Source of the DNA: Octopus sinensis
Taxonomy: Eukaryota
Direction: 5' to 3'
Assembly (NCBI RefSeq): GCF_006345805.1
Contig: NC_042999.1
Coordinates: forward strand, 39,618,001-39,682,000
DNA: 64,000 nt
Of the stretch, positions 28,860 to 41,007 are shown one piece after another. The stretch's first letter is position 1; every line of letters starts with the position of its first letter. The notes beneath the pieces were generated by a model that saw only the letters and a list, made by a program, of their open reading frames with translations, was not told where the DNA came from and made no database searches. The position numbers and the translations under genes are program-made.

Positions 28860-29315
28860 GATTATAAACCTGGAAAAGTACAGGACAAGTTATTACACTT
28901 GTAAAAGTATAGAACAAAAACTATTCCTTCTAGTAAAGTAAAGAATAAGAAACTTTCGCCTTAAAATATTGCAGCCAAAATTAAAATTTGATTAAAACTT
29001 ATTTTATTATAGTTTACAAATAACAGTATATATATTTAAGTAGAATTTGACTAATTTACTACCTTAAGTACAGAAGAAGTGACTAATTAAACAAACTTAC
29101 AAATTAGCTGAACATTTTTCTACGATAAATTTAAGAGATGAGAACTATAAATAATTATAAATTAGAAGTGGCATTCTTTGCTGCAATATTTTAAGTAAAA
29201 AGTTTTTTTCTTTACTTTACTAGCAGTAATAGCTTGCCCTTTACTTTTACACAGTGTGTGTGTGTGTGTGTGTGTGTGAAGTTGATATTTTCTTTCTACT
29301 GTGTCAGGTTTGTTA
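28860..29315. repeat. Degenerate foldback / MITE-like inverted repeat
   Basis: CTAGTAAAGTAAAGAA...TTAAAATATTGCAGC (~28930-28976) pairs with GCTGCAATATTTTAAG...TTCTTTACTTTACTAG (~29180-29223). Similarity extends outward. Confidence 0.7.
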
Positions 29316-29548
29316 GATCAAAATCGCCATCCTTACTTGAACTGTTTTATTTCAGGATTTCCTTTCATGCGTCTATGGTCACATTTTGTTATATAGTCTA
29401 GAAAAGCACCGAAATGCCTTCGCGCAAAGAACTTTTGCTTGGCGCCAAATGTCGACTGAATTCATTCGGTACATCCTGAATTTATAACCAAAACCATTCG
29501 TTTGCTTATTTTCATGATTTTATACAATTAAATATTAGTAGACGGGTT

Positions 29549-29760
29549 AAGGTGGTGAGCTAGCAGAATCGTAACCGTGTCGGAAAAAATACTTAATGAC
29601 ATTTCTTCCGAATTCAGGTTCTGAGTGCAAATGCTGCCGGGGTTGACTTTGCTTTCATCGTTCGTAATCGATAAAATGAGTACCACTTGAGTATTGGAGT
29701 CGATGTAATCGACTTCCCTCTCCTCTGAAATTGATGGTCTCGTACCAATATTAGTAGGCA
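29549..29760 (+). mobile_element. Degenerate SINE, family C
   Basis: AAGGTGGTGAGCTAGCAGAATCGTAACC...TTCTGAGTGCAAATGC...GTCGATGTAATCGAC. Confidence 0.75.
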
Positions 29761-30429
29761 GGCGTTACACTTTCTTTCACAATGGTTTTCACTGATAAAG
29801 TCAAGGCTTTTATAAAAGAGATATGTTTTTCACAAAGATGACATAAAACGCTAACATTGAAATAAAAAATATGATACGCTTCTCTCAGGAGAGATAAGTC
29901 AAATGGAACCACTTAGATATCATAATGAAATACGATATTCTCTTTATTTTTATTACCAAACACGTCTTCGCTAATAAAAATGTAAAACAAATGATGAAAA
30001 GCTATCAATGCTTTTCAAATTGATATAAGTTATATAATGTTATGAATGTAAAAGAGTAAAGATACAATGACAAAACAGATATTAGGTATTGTAAAAAATA
30101 CCACCTAGATCTTTGAAATACATATCAATTTCGACAATGTTCATACAGTATTAGACGATATATTCCACAACGGATGGATTGTTTATTGCAAACACCTAAA
30201 TATATCGTCACGGACGATATAATCCACAAGTATTTTTACCCATTCAATTCATTAACACAACTCATGGAAACTGGTTTCTACATAAATCAGACCACTCAAT
30301 TTACGCTTACGAGTTACGAATTCCATCCGTGCCAAAGGCAGCCGATGAACATGTTAATGTAAGCGGTGACCAAAATCTAAATACTATATTTTCCACTGCT
30401 CAGACAAGGAATCGATGAGCTGGGTATTG

Positions 30430-32700
30430 GAGACGATTTAGCATCAGATACAGCAAACCTCCCTCGGATGATTGACAACGCTTTGATTAGACGGTGTCAC
30501 AAACTAGATAGTAGACTGTCCACCACCCGCATCTATCTACAAGTGTTTTCAGATCTGTAAGAGGTATTGTTACATTCCCGCAGGATGGCATGGGCTTGGT
30601 ATTTCTATCCCTTCTTCTGTCCCTGCAAAATTTCGTTGGTTTTCGATTAGTTCCTTGTTGAAGACTATATAGGGAAGACGGAAGAGAGATATCTTGATCA
30701 AATGGGCAGTCCAGCGAATTTGTTCGCTTTAGAATAAACGATTGGATACTGAAGGAGCTGCATGATTTCAAGATGGTTCCATATGGAATCTTTTCTATCC
30801 ATGAGAAGTATAGAATTTGCTGGAGACATCTAATGGGAAAGGATTCAAGAATCGCCAGGTGTTTGCAGTAAACAATCCAGCCGTCCATACAATACAAAAA
30901 GAAATAGATAAAACGATGAAGTGAAGTTAAGCAGATTTCGTGGGAAGTATCAGATTGTTGTTGGAGAACCCTCTGGTCAAACACGACGGAAAACTTTAGT
31001 CACCAATACGGTAAGAAAAGGAACCTTGGGCGGTGCATTGATACATTGCATCTGGTTTCTTGGTGTTAACCTTGAGGCCGTTCGCTCTAAGATTCAGGAC
31101 ATTCAGGGTCGATTCTTGATCATAAATTGGCTGGTCCCGCTAATCTGAGAACTGGAGCTCCAATATAATAGCAATCTGAGATGATTGGGATATGAGTCTT
31201 CGGTGATTAAAAACCCTAACGCTCAGAGGATGCTCGATAAAGATTCTATAACCAGTATCGAGTTCACCCAGTACTAACTGAATAAATTCTGTAACCGAAG
31301 AATTTTAAAAGAAACCGAGCAATTACGCAGCTTTGTTTTTCCCAAATACTACCAACAAATATATATGATTCTCGAGATCTGATGACCACTCAAGCTTTCA
31401 TGCATTCAGAAACAATATGATGAGTCACAAAGTATTTAATTAGTATTCTACCTTATACAAGGAATCAGCGGAGAAGATAGTGATGTACAGTAAGGAACAC
31501 CTTTCTCAAAGCGTTTGATAGGTCGACAAACAGCATGCAGAGGTCACGGTGTTCTTCTCCACTCACCCCTTGAATTTTGGTGTCCAGCAAAGATCATTTC
31601 ACAGGTACTGCGATTCTTGTATTAACAACATCGTGATTCCAGTTGAACTCTCCGTTGAAGGTAGAAGCATCTGGAGAGGAGAATACGATCTAGAATTTTC
31701 ACCCTGAAGAGGTTGGTGGGAGCAACAAGCTGTTGACCACGTCAGGGCTATGATTCTTCGATATTCACTTGGGGAGTAATGTGTTTAAACGTATCACGCA
31801 GTTGCAGTCAAAGCTCGCTCTGCCTTGCTTGAGATTTGAAAAGAGATTACTGATTATCTTAGGCTTTGGTTGCTTGAAACGTGCGTGTTGACGCATCTGA
31901 AGGCAGATTCGAGAACAAATATGGTGGTGGACAGTCCAACACTCAGCTCCACACATTGCACTTGTATGGAGAACATTTTGGATGTGAAACTGGTGAAATA
32001 CAATGTGGTCCAAAAGATGCCAATAATTGAAGCACAGGTGTTGTTAAGAGGCATTGTACTTTGATGTTCGTTGAAAGACTGCGTTCATGATCACAAGTCC
32101 ATTCTCCGCACACATAGCAAGAAGACGAAGTCCGTTTGCATTGACATTTCCAATTCCAAGCTTATTAATAGTGCGCGACCAGTCATCACTGATTCGACGT
32201 GAGAGTTGAAACTGTGTTGAAAAAAAGGATCATTTCAAAGATTTGAGAGGAGCAATGTGTGAAGCTCGTCGGGAAAAAAGATCTTTTGAGATTTTAAGCT
32301 GAGTCAAGAGTCATCGTGTGCATACTGATAAAAACGGAGAATTTGACATGCAATCAAACGAACAAAGAGAGTCATTTGTTTTGTTTTTTTATTTGTATCA
32401 ACTAGCATCTCAGGAAGTTTCTGAAATAGTGTATTCCTGATGGCGACGTCTACGCTATGGCACTGCCGCTCGTTGTTTGGCAGTCCTTTCTAGTAAACCG
32501 AATAGGTAGAAACCTCCTTAACAATTTTTTCATCAGCAAGGCGGGTTTCGATGAAGGCCACGATATCGAGCTCTTATGCAGCAAGTTCAGTGGCAATAAG
32601 TGCAGTATAACAACAGGTTTGCTCTGCTTTTGTGGCCTCAATTTGTTTGTCCATTAGAGTAAGAATATTCTTGCCTGTAGTGAGTGTGAAGGGACAATAT
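30430..32700 (-). mobile_element. Decayed RTE-clade LINE with internal deletions
   Basis: GNVNANGLRLLAMCAENGLVIMN (~32085-32155) and DHIVF...VLHTSAMCGAECWTVHH (APE C-terminus). LESFPIRCLQQILYFSWIEKIP...SIQSFI matches the RTE post-RT motif. Boundaries approximate. Confidence 0.88.
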
Positions 32701-34653
32701 ACAGCCCATCTTTTCTAGATTCCTCCCCACCTTAGGCAATCGCTCTGGATCCTGAAAAGGATCACTTGGTCACGCATCAAACTGTCCAAGATAGTTATCA
32801 TTTCAGTTTCCATTTTGTAGCGAGATCCGTCACGGATTGTCTACGCAAAGGGACTACATTTGAAGCTTTCAGATCGATCTTAATCCTACCCACCATAACG
32901 GAGTGTTCCCTCGCCGTATAGCTTGGAAATGGGGGAAGAAATAAGTTCTGCGCAGATGAGTAGTCTCCAGTGTGACAGGGGACGTGCAAACACCAGCTGC
33001 GGAAAATTAATTTTCATAGAACCCTGACAAGGATTCCAGGACGGACCAGGATGTAGATAGAGACTGCAGGGGCTGCCAAATATCAATTCTATCAGAGACT
33101 ACCTTAATGACCTCCATCCAGACATAGGTGAGAGACGACCACAGCTTATGCCCACACTTTGACAGCTCTTGCTTTTGGTTCTGCAGGGAATACAGAAACA
33201 CTTTTTATCCAAACGAGCTTAGTGGGTTTAGTGACAGATGGGCCGAACATAACTGAGTATACGGATTACATGGTTACTAGAAAAGCTCACCCTGCACAAA
33301 ATACATAATAACGCTGAGTATCATGAGACAGGACACGTAATATATAAAAGATCAACACATGCAATAAGAAAGATATTTGTATATTTCACAAGAGATATTC
33401 GACGCAAGAAAGAAAAGAGGCTCTGAAATAAACTCAGGAAAATGTAAACAAAATAATCTTTATCCAACACACTTAATCGCCCAGAACTAGATACTACACA
33501 CATTGAAATTATCTGAAAAACCACTAGCTTTATTTAAATGTTTAACATGTAGGAAAGGTACTGTTATGAGCGAAGTATTCTTTCACCACGCATGTATGCG
33601 CACATACACACACATAGATATACGTTCATTTTGATTATTAGATATATAAATGTATGTTACAAGTAACATCATATTTGCAGTCGATAGTTTCCTAACAGAA
33701 TTTACTCTCTTATATCCTTAGTAATAGAAGAGAAACCCATCAGAGTATGCTCTTTATTAAACACTTCGGTAATCAATTGTGTAAAGTCTATAATGATAAT
33801 CCAAGAATGTGTCATGTACAGCCTTAGCTATTTGAATCTGAATGATTTCTACACCGCAATCATCAATTTTACACAGCTGAAGGCAAGTTGTCTTGCTTAA
33901 TTCCAATCCTTAAATGAAGTGTTATGCGAAACTGAATAAAATCAAGTATACCACTTCCCAATGCACGAAATAACTGTCCTTGTTTACAAACTAGTACAGA
34001 GATCTACATCAATATATGATCCATCTCGTGGAAAATCGATTATTTCGCTTCGAGGAAAAGGAGAAAATTTCTGAGCCTGATAATGTTAATAACATAACTC
34101 GAGGTTTGAATACGAAACTATGGTAATTCCTAGTTTTCATATATTAGCTGCTTAACACATTACAGTTTAGCGCTTATAAGTAAGGCTAAAGAATGAATAA
34201 TTATGAAACTCAACTGTATCAAATATGCAGCCTGGAAAAGAATATATAAATCGATGACCTACATAAGTATCTTTATTCTATTGCCAACAAGTGTCGGAGA
34301 TAAACATCCAAAGATATCTGCTATCTTACCAATATAATATGTAAATGCGCAGAAAAGTTCTGGTGTATTCAGTAAACAAATCTATAGGTAAATATAGGCA
34401 AATATACTTTTAATTGTGTTAAAAAGAAACATTATTAATTAATTGTACTAATAAGAATTATTTGGGGGGCAAGTGGATACATAGTTGCTGTATATATCAC
34501 TTGTGTAAAAAGCAAGAGGATTACTAGCCAGCACACCTCTTAAGGTAAATAGATATTAGGTTATTCAAATTTTAAGTAAGAATGTAAGGAACGTACAACC
34601 ATAATTAACCGTTCAGCCATAGCTGTTGCTTGCGCAATGGGCCATATATATAT

Positions 34654-34796
<143 letters not shown>

Positions 34797-34805
34797 TATA
34801 TACAT

Positions 34806-35368
34806 ATTTTACAAATGAGGGTGCAAAAATTTGATATTAATTTAATAATAGCATCAATTTAACACCAAGTGGCTTAGCACATAAAACCAGGGATAAAATA
34901 CAAATTTATACATAAATATGAGAGAGTAACCACTATGTTGTCGACTCTAGTGCTAAAAATAGATCCGCTATGGTATGTTTCCAAGGAGAAATAACACAGC
35001 ATTTAACGTAGAGCAAGTGAAAAATAACGAAAAAAATAGATTAACTCTGGACAATTGTTTCATTATTAATGTAATATGCAATTTTACTTACATAACATCT
35101 ATAATTCATCAGCAGAAGTTTGTCTAGAATACAATTTATTAAATTACACATTAAATTTCGACGCATCGTCAAAACACACGGGCGGTTCAATCGATTGTAT
35201 TAGCAGCTATGATTCAAATTCCCCCGCCAAAAGTGTGCCAAGACTTCGGGAAACGAATACTGCATAAAATATTTACTGCAGTAAAAATTTGATATTACCC
35301 TCATTTGTAAAATTTATTATACTGCAGTAAATATTTTATGCAGTATTCGTTTCCCGAAGTCTTGGCAC
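34806..35368 (-). mobile_element. PLE pseudo-LTR remnant (different family) with terminal inverted duplication
   Basis: Lies next to (TA)n. Perfect 49-bp inverted arms at 35235-35283 and 35320-35368. 35297-35313 is the reverse complement of 34806-34822. Contains a hammerhead motif. Confidence 0.75.
35045..35117 (-). ncRNA. Type I hammerhead ribozyme
   Basis: Minus strand: TTCTG-CTGATGA-ATTAT...ATAAT-GAAA-CAATTG-TC-CAGAG. Intact core, stem I TCTG/CAGA, stem II ATTAT/ATAAT, palindromic stem III, GUC site. Confidence 0.85.
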
Positions 35369-35710
35369 GGTCACGGTGATTACGGTGATATATATATATA
35401 TAGATATATACACATACATATATATATATGTGTATGTGTGTATGTATATACGTATGTGTGTATATATATATATCATGTTCCACTATATATGTATATATAT
35501 GTATATGACGCATGGTCGATTTGCTTGAAACTATTGTTTAATTGTGTTTATTTATGTATTTATACACATGTAAATGTATATATATAATCTACTTATGAAT
35601 GTATATATGTACATGCATAAGTGGATATGGATATCTGTTCATATTTTTATATATATTAAATTGTACGTGTATCCTGTTTCATGTATTAATATTTTTAAAA
35701 TTCTTTATAA

Positions 35711-35825
35711 TCTCTGACGAGCCCTATGGTTATATATAAGTACCTTATTTTTATATGTATACGACATCGATATAATTGACAACTATAGGCACTTTTTATC
35801 CACAGGCTGAAACAGCTGTAAGGAG
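35711..35825 (+). ncRNA. Hammerhead ribozyme-like motif with long stem II insert
   Basis: TCT-CTGACGA-GCC...~80 nt...GGC-T-GAAA-CAGCTG-TA-AGGAG. Palindromic stem III, GUA site, weak stem I. Confidence 0.6.
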
Positions 35826-36212
35826 TGTTTTTAATGATTTCATTAATTTATGTTATGATTTTTATAATTGTATTCTTAACTTCTATGTATTTAATTATAA
35901 TGTATATATGTATGCTATTAAGGTTCTCATTTTTGTTAAATGTATAAATAAGTCAACATTCTAATATCCGAAAGCTGATGAAACAAGTAAACTGTTTCTC
36001 TATTTTCTTATTTGTATTATAAATTAATGGTAAAATATTTATTCACCTTCACCCACTTAATCCAATAAATAAATTAATTGCATTGCAAATAAACGCATAT
36101 GTGTATTAAGAATTTGGGTGTTATACAGTATAATGGATAAATATTATCCCTTACTGGGTTGGATCCATAACCCCTAACTTACTTGGTATATATATATATA
36201 TATATTTGTATG

Positions 36213-36267
<55 letters not shown>

Positions 36268-36360
36268 TATATATTATATATATATATATATTTGTGTGTA
36301 TGTGTATATATATATACATATATATATATATTTGTATGTATGTATGTATATATATATATA

Positions 36361-36742
36361 TGTGGGAGTGAATTTTGGTGTATATATTGAGGTTTATGCA
36401 TGGGTGTGGGAGTGAATTTTGGTGTATATATTGAGGTTTATGTGTGGGTGTGGGAGTGAATTTTGGTGTATATATTGAGGTTTATGTATGGGTGTGGGAG
36501 TGAATTTTGGTGTATATATTGAGGTTTATGTATGGGTGTGGGAGTGAATTTTGGTGTATATATTGAGGTTTATGTATGGGTGTGGGAGTGAATTTATGTA
36601 TTATTGAGGTTTATGTATGGGTGTGGAGTGAATTTTGGTGTATTATTGAGGTTTATGTATGGGTGTGGGAGTGAATTTTGGTGTATATATTGAGGTTTAT
36701 GTATGGGTGTGGGAGTGAATTTTGGTGTATATATTGAGGTTT
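36361..36742. repeat. 44-bp tandem repeat (8 units + 1 running into the element)
   Basis: TGTGGGAGTGAATTTTGGTGTATATATTGAGGTTTATGTATGGG starts at 36361, 36405, 36449, 36493, 36537, 36581, 36622, 36664 and 36708. Confidence 0.95.
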
Positions 36743-38238
36743 ATATGTATGTATAGGTATGTGTGAGTGGTGTGGGTATTTGTATATGTTGTGTTGTGTG
36801 GTTTACGTGTGTGTATTTGTGTGTGTGAATGTATAGGTATGGGATTGCTATATAGGTATGTATAGTGTTTAGTGAAGGGAGGTTTTATCATTATATGTAT
36901 TTATGAGTTTTCGTTTATCATGGTAGTTTTATTAAGAATTTGTAGTAATTTCTGTATATTTAAGATGTTTGATATTTTATTTACTTATTCCATTCATAAG
37001 TTTTAAGTAATGTTCGTTTACCACGCGCAAAGAATTTTTATTCCATATATTCCATTCATAATTTTAAATGACGTTCGTTTACATAGCGCGAAGACTTTTT
37101 ATACATATGTTAGGTTCCTATGGTAACGTACTTTTGTTGACGTTATAACGGTTAAGTTTAATTTCACTTCATAAATTGAAACTGATTTGAAAGTATGTAT
37201 ATTTTTTTCTCCTTATGTTAATCTTGTTACTTATGATATTCTGGTTAATTATGGAGTATTTTCTATATCGTATTATGTGTAGTATGTTGTTTTTATTTTG
37301 AGTGTTTATGTATGTGTGAATGTGTGTGTGTGTGTGCGTATTTTAGTTGTGTAATTTATTTATCTGTATGAGTGTGGGTGTGAACATATTGTTGTATATA
37401 TCGTGTTTAGTACGTATGTATATATATATATATGTGAGGGGGTATAAGTATATGTTGTGTGTGTGTGTTTTACGTATGTGTATTTGTGTGTGAATGTATA
37501 TATGGAGATTGCTATATAGGTATTATTGTGTATGGTTAAAGGGAGTTTTATCATTATATGTATATATGGGTTTCATTTATCATGATGGTTTATTAATGAT
37601 TTGGAGTAAATTTACGTTGATTATATATTATTCCATTCATAATTTTTAAAAATACGTTCGATCACCACGTGTAAAGAATTGTTTATTTTTCTTTTGAGTG
37701 TTTATGTATGTGTGAATGTGTGTGTGTGTGTGTGTGTGATTGTTTGCGTAATTTATTTATCTGTATAGATGTGGGTGTGAATATATTGGAGTATATATCG
37801 AGTTCTGTATGTATGTATATGTATGTGTGAGCGGGTATATGTATATTGTTTATGTATGTGGGTTGTATGTGTGTGTGAGGGAGTATGAATAAGTAATGTG
37901 TTGAAGTATTTGGCTATTTTATTTATTTATCGTTGCCTAGACGTTTTTATGTGTATGTATAGGGATATATATGTAGGTGTGTGAGTTAGTGTATGTATTT
38001 AGATATGGTTATATATACTTAGTTATAAGTGTATGCGTATGTGTGTATATGTAGTTTATTTTTATTTTGTTTTATATTTAATTGCTGATAGGGTTTATTT
38101 TAGATTATATATTGATTATATATGGATTATATATAGGTTATATATAGATTATATATTTATATTTTTTTATTATTTTAAAATTATTTTAAAATTATTTTAA
38201 ACTTATATTTTAATATATTGATATTTTAGATCGGAATT

Positions 38239-38282
38239 CCACCTGAGGATTGTCATTAGAAGACATGGAACAATTGTAGTGG
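38239..38282 (+). ncRNA. Minimal type I hammerhead, pLTR copy 1 (core GAAA>GGAA)
   Basis: CCAC-CTGAGGA-TTGTC-ATTAGAA-GACAT-GGAA-CAATTG-TA-GTGG. Confidence 0.7.
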
Positions 38283-38520
38283 CGGTTTTTTTACTTTTTA
38301 TTAAAATTTTATGTATTGATTAAGTCTTTCCTTGTTTGTTTTGCAAAATAGTGGTTTTGTCTCTAATTAATATTACATAATATTTTACTATAAAATTGGA
38401 TTTAATCCTAAATCTGATTTTTTCCCTGTAAATTTGGATTTATTCCCTAATATTTATTATTATTATTATTTAATATTGATAATTTTGTATATTGAGTATT
38501 ATACCTCAATTACGTAAATT

Positions 38521-41007
38521 ATGGAATTTACAGGTAAGATAGAACCGCTATTTTGGGATTCATCTTTGAAAGATATTCCTATACCTTCTAGAAAGGAATT
38601 TCTTTTGAAACTTATTAATAATGCTAAAGGTTTTATTTCTAGAATTAAATGGAAAGCTTATTACTATAATTTTTATTTATTTAATGATAATGATGGCAGG
38701 AATGATAATTTTACCTCTAAATTTAAATCTAGAAGGAACCTCCATTTAATAAAGAATTACAATTACTAGAAGATAGTATATGGAAGGTAGTAAAAAATAT
38801 TGAATTCCATAAATACCCAAATAGAAATAATGAATATTTAAGAAACTTAGCAATTAAAATTAAAGATATGAGAAATATGGATGGTAGTGTAGTACAATCT
38901 GATAAAACTAGGAATCTATATAAATTAGATGTTAAATTATATGATAAACTCTTAGGGAAAGAAATAATTAAAAAATATAACATTGTTCCAGATGATACTC
39001 TTTATAATATTAATAAGGCCTCTAAATTAGTAATGTTAAAATATGAGTTGGATAATAAAACTGAACCTTATGTACCTTTGCACCCCAGAATTACTCTTAA
39101 AGACCATAAAGATAATTTTTATTCAGACCCTAAAGTTAGATTAATTTGCCCATGTAAATCTGACCTTGGTAAATTAAGTAAATTTATTTTAGATAAATAT
39201 ATCAATAAGTTAAATAAACTTAATTATTTAAAATTATGGTTTAGTAATAACAATACATTGAAATGGTTTAATAATATTAAAGATAAAAATCGTTATAAAT
39301 TTATTCAAATAGATATAGATAATTATTATTCTTCTATTAATGAAATTGTGTTTAATAAAGCACTTATTTTCGCAATGAATAAAGTGGGTATGTCACTTGA
39401 AGAAGTTAATGTAATTAAAATGGCTAGGAAATCGCTCATTAAATATAAAATAAATTATGGGCTAGGAATGATACTAGAGATTGTTTTGATATACCTATGG
39501 GAGCACCAGATTCTGCACAAGCTACTGATTTAGTAGGTATTTTTCTTTTATCTGAACTCCTATTAGAAAATCTTAAGATAGAGGGTGGCTTATATAGAGA
39601 CGATCTTCTATTAGTTACAAAGAATTGTACTAAGAGGAATCTAGAAGGATATAAGAAAAACTATATAGTTTCTTTAAAAGATATGGTTTAAGTATTACCA
39701 TATATAAGGAGAATTATAATGTTAATTATTTAGATGTTAATTTTAATCTAATTACAGGTAAAACACAACCATATCATACACTTAATGAGAACCTTAGATA
39801 TATAAATGCTAATAGTAATCACCCAATTTCTATTAAAAAATCGTTGATTAATAATAAAGTAAACGTATTTCATTACTCTCTTATGATATAGAGATTTTTA
39901 ATAAACATGCTACTTATTATAATGAGGCCCTAGAGGGGAGGGCAAGTTATAATAGGAATATTAATTTTAATGTTAGTGATAAAGATTTAAATGATAATTT
40001 TCGTGATACTTATAATAATAATTATAATTTTGTTAGTATTAGTGGTAAAAATAGTAGATATTATAATATAATAATAAAAATGATAAAAATAAAAATAATA
40101 ATAAAAATAATAATAAAAATAAGAATAATAAAAATAAAAATAAATTTAATAATAATTATAATAATAATATTGATAAAATTAATAATATTAATAATTCCTT
40201 AAATGCTGTACATAGATATAATTCTGATAATACTTTTAATAAGATAAGAATAGTAAATATATTTATAATAATGACAATAATAATAAGGTTAATAAGAATA
40301 AAATTTGGTTAATAGTTCCTTATGGTGATCAAGTAAAAACGAATAATATCAAAGAGATTTTAGATGTTATAGAACTATTTATTAGAGATAATCGTAAGTA
40401 TAGAACATTTTCTCTAGTAATAATTTTGGAATAGGTTATTCCACCACTAATAATGTAGGTAACATTATTTCTTCATTAATAAATTTAAACTGAATTATTT
40501 TTATAAAAATTAATTATTTGATAATAATAATAATAATGATATGACTTATATTAATTGCACTTGTAGAGATAAATCTAAATGTTATTAAATAATAATTGTG
40601 ATATTAACGATGTAGTGTATAAATGTATAGTTACATTACATGATAATAACTTTAAGAATAATAATTACCCAAAAGCGGTTTATATAGGGTCTACTTCGTC
40701 AAAAGTAAAATTAAGAATCGCACAACATATGAATTCTTTTAAAAATAAAAACTTAATCAGCTCAACTGGACTTAGTAAGTACATTTGGAGACTTAAATCA
40801 CAAAATATTAATTATAGTTTAATTTGGGAAATAATTTGTAAAACTAAATCATATACTATAGGAGCGAATTGTTGTTATTTATGATCTAATGAGTTTAAAG
40901 AAATTTTATTTTATAAGTATGATAATTTACTTAATACAGGAGAAGAGCGCAAAATAAAATGCAGACATAGGTTATTTTACCTATATAATAAGTTTCATGA
41001 TAAATAA
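38521..41007 (+). pseudogene. PLE RT + GIY-YIG endonuclease, copy 1 (frameshifted as assembled)
   Basis: ORF pieces carry KDHK, VRLI, IDIDNYYSSI, MGAPDSAQATDLVG, LYRDD, VYKC...YIGST, RIAQH and C-terminal LLN...E...CRH. Breaks fall mostly in homopolymer runs. Confidence 0.9.

Noticed and set aside
35975-36000. CTGATGA followed by a short hairpin
   Set aside because: No downstream GAAA, stem III or cleavage triplet.
36361-36742. CRISPR-like regular repeats
   Set aside because: No unique spacers; contiguous tandem units in eukaryotic DNA.
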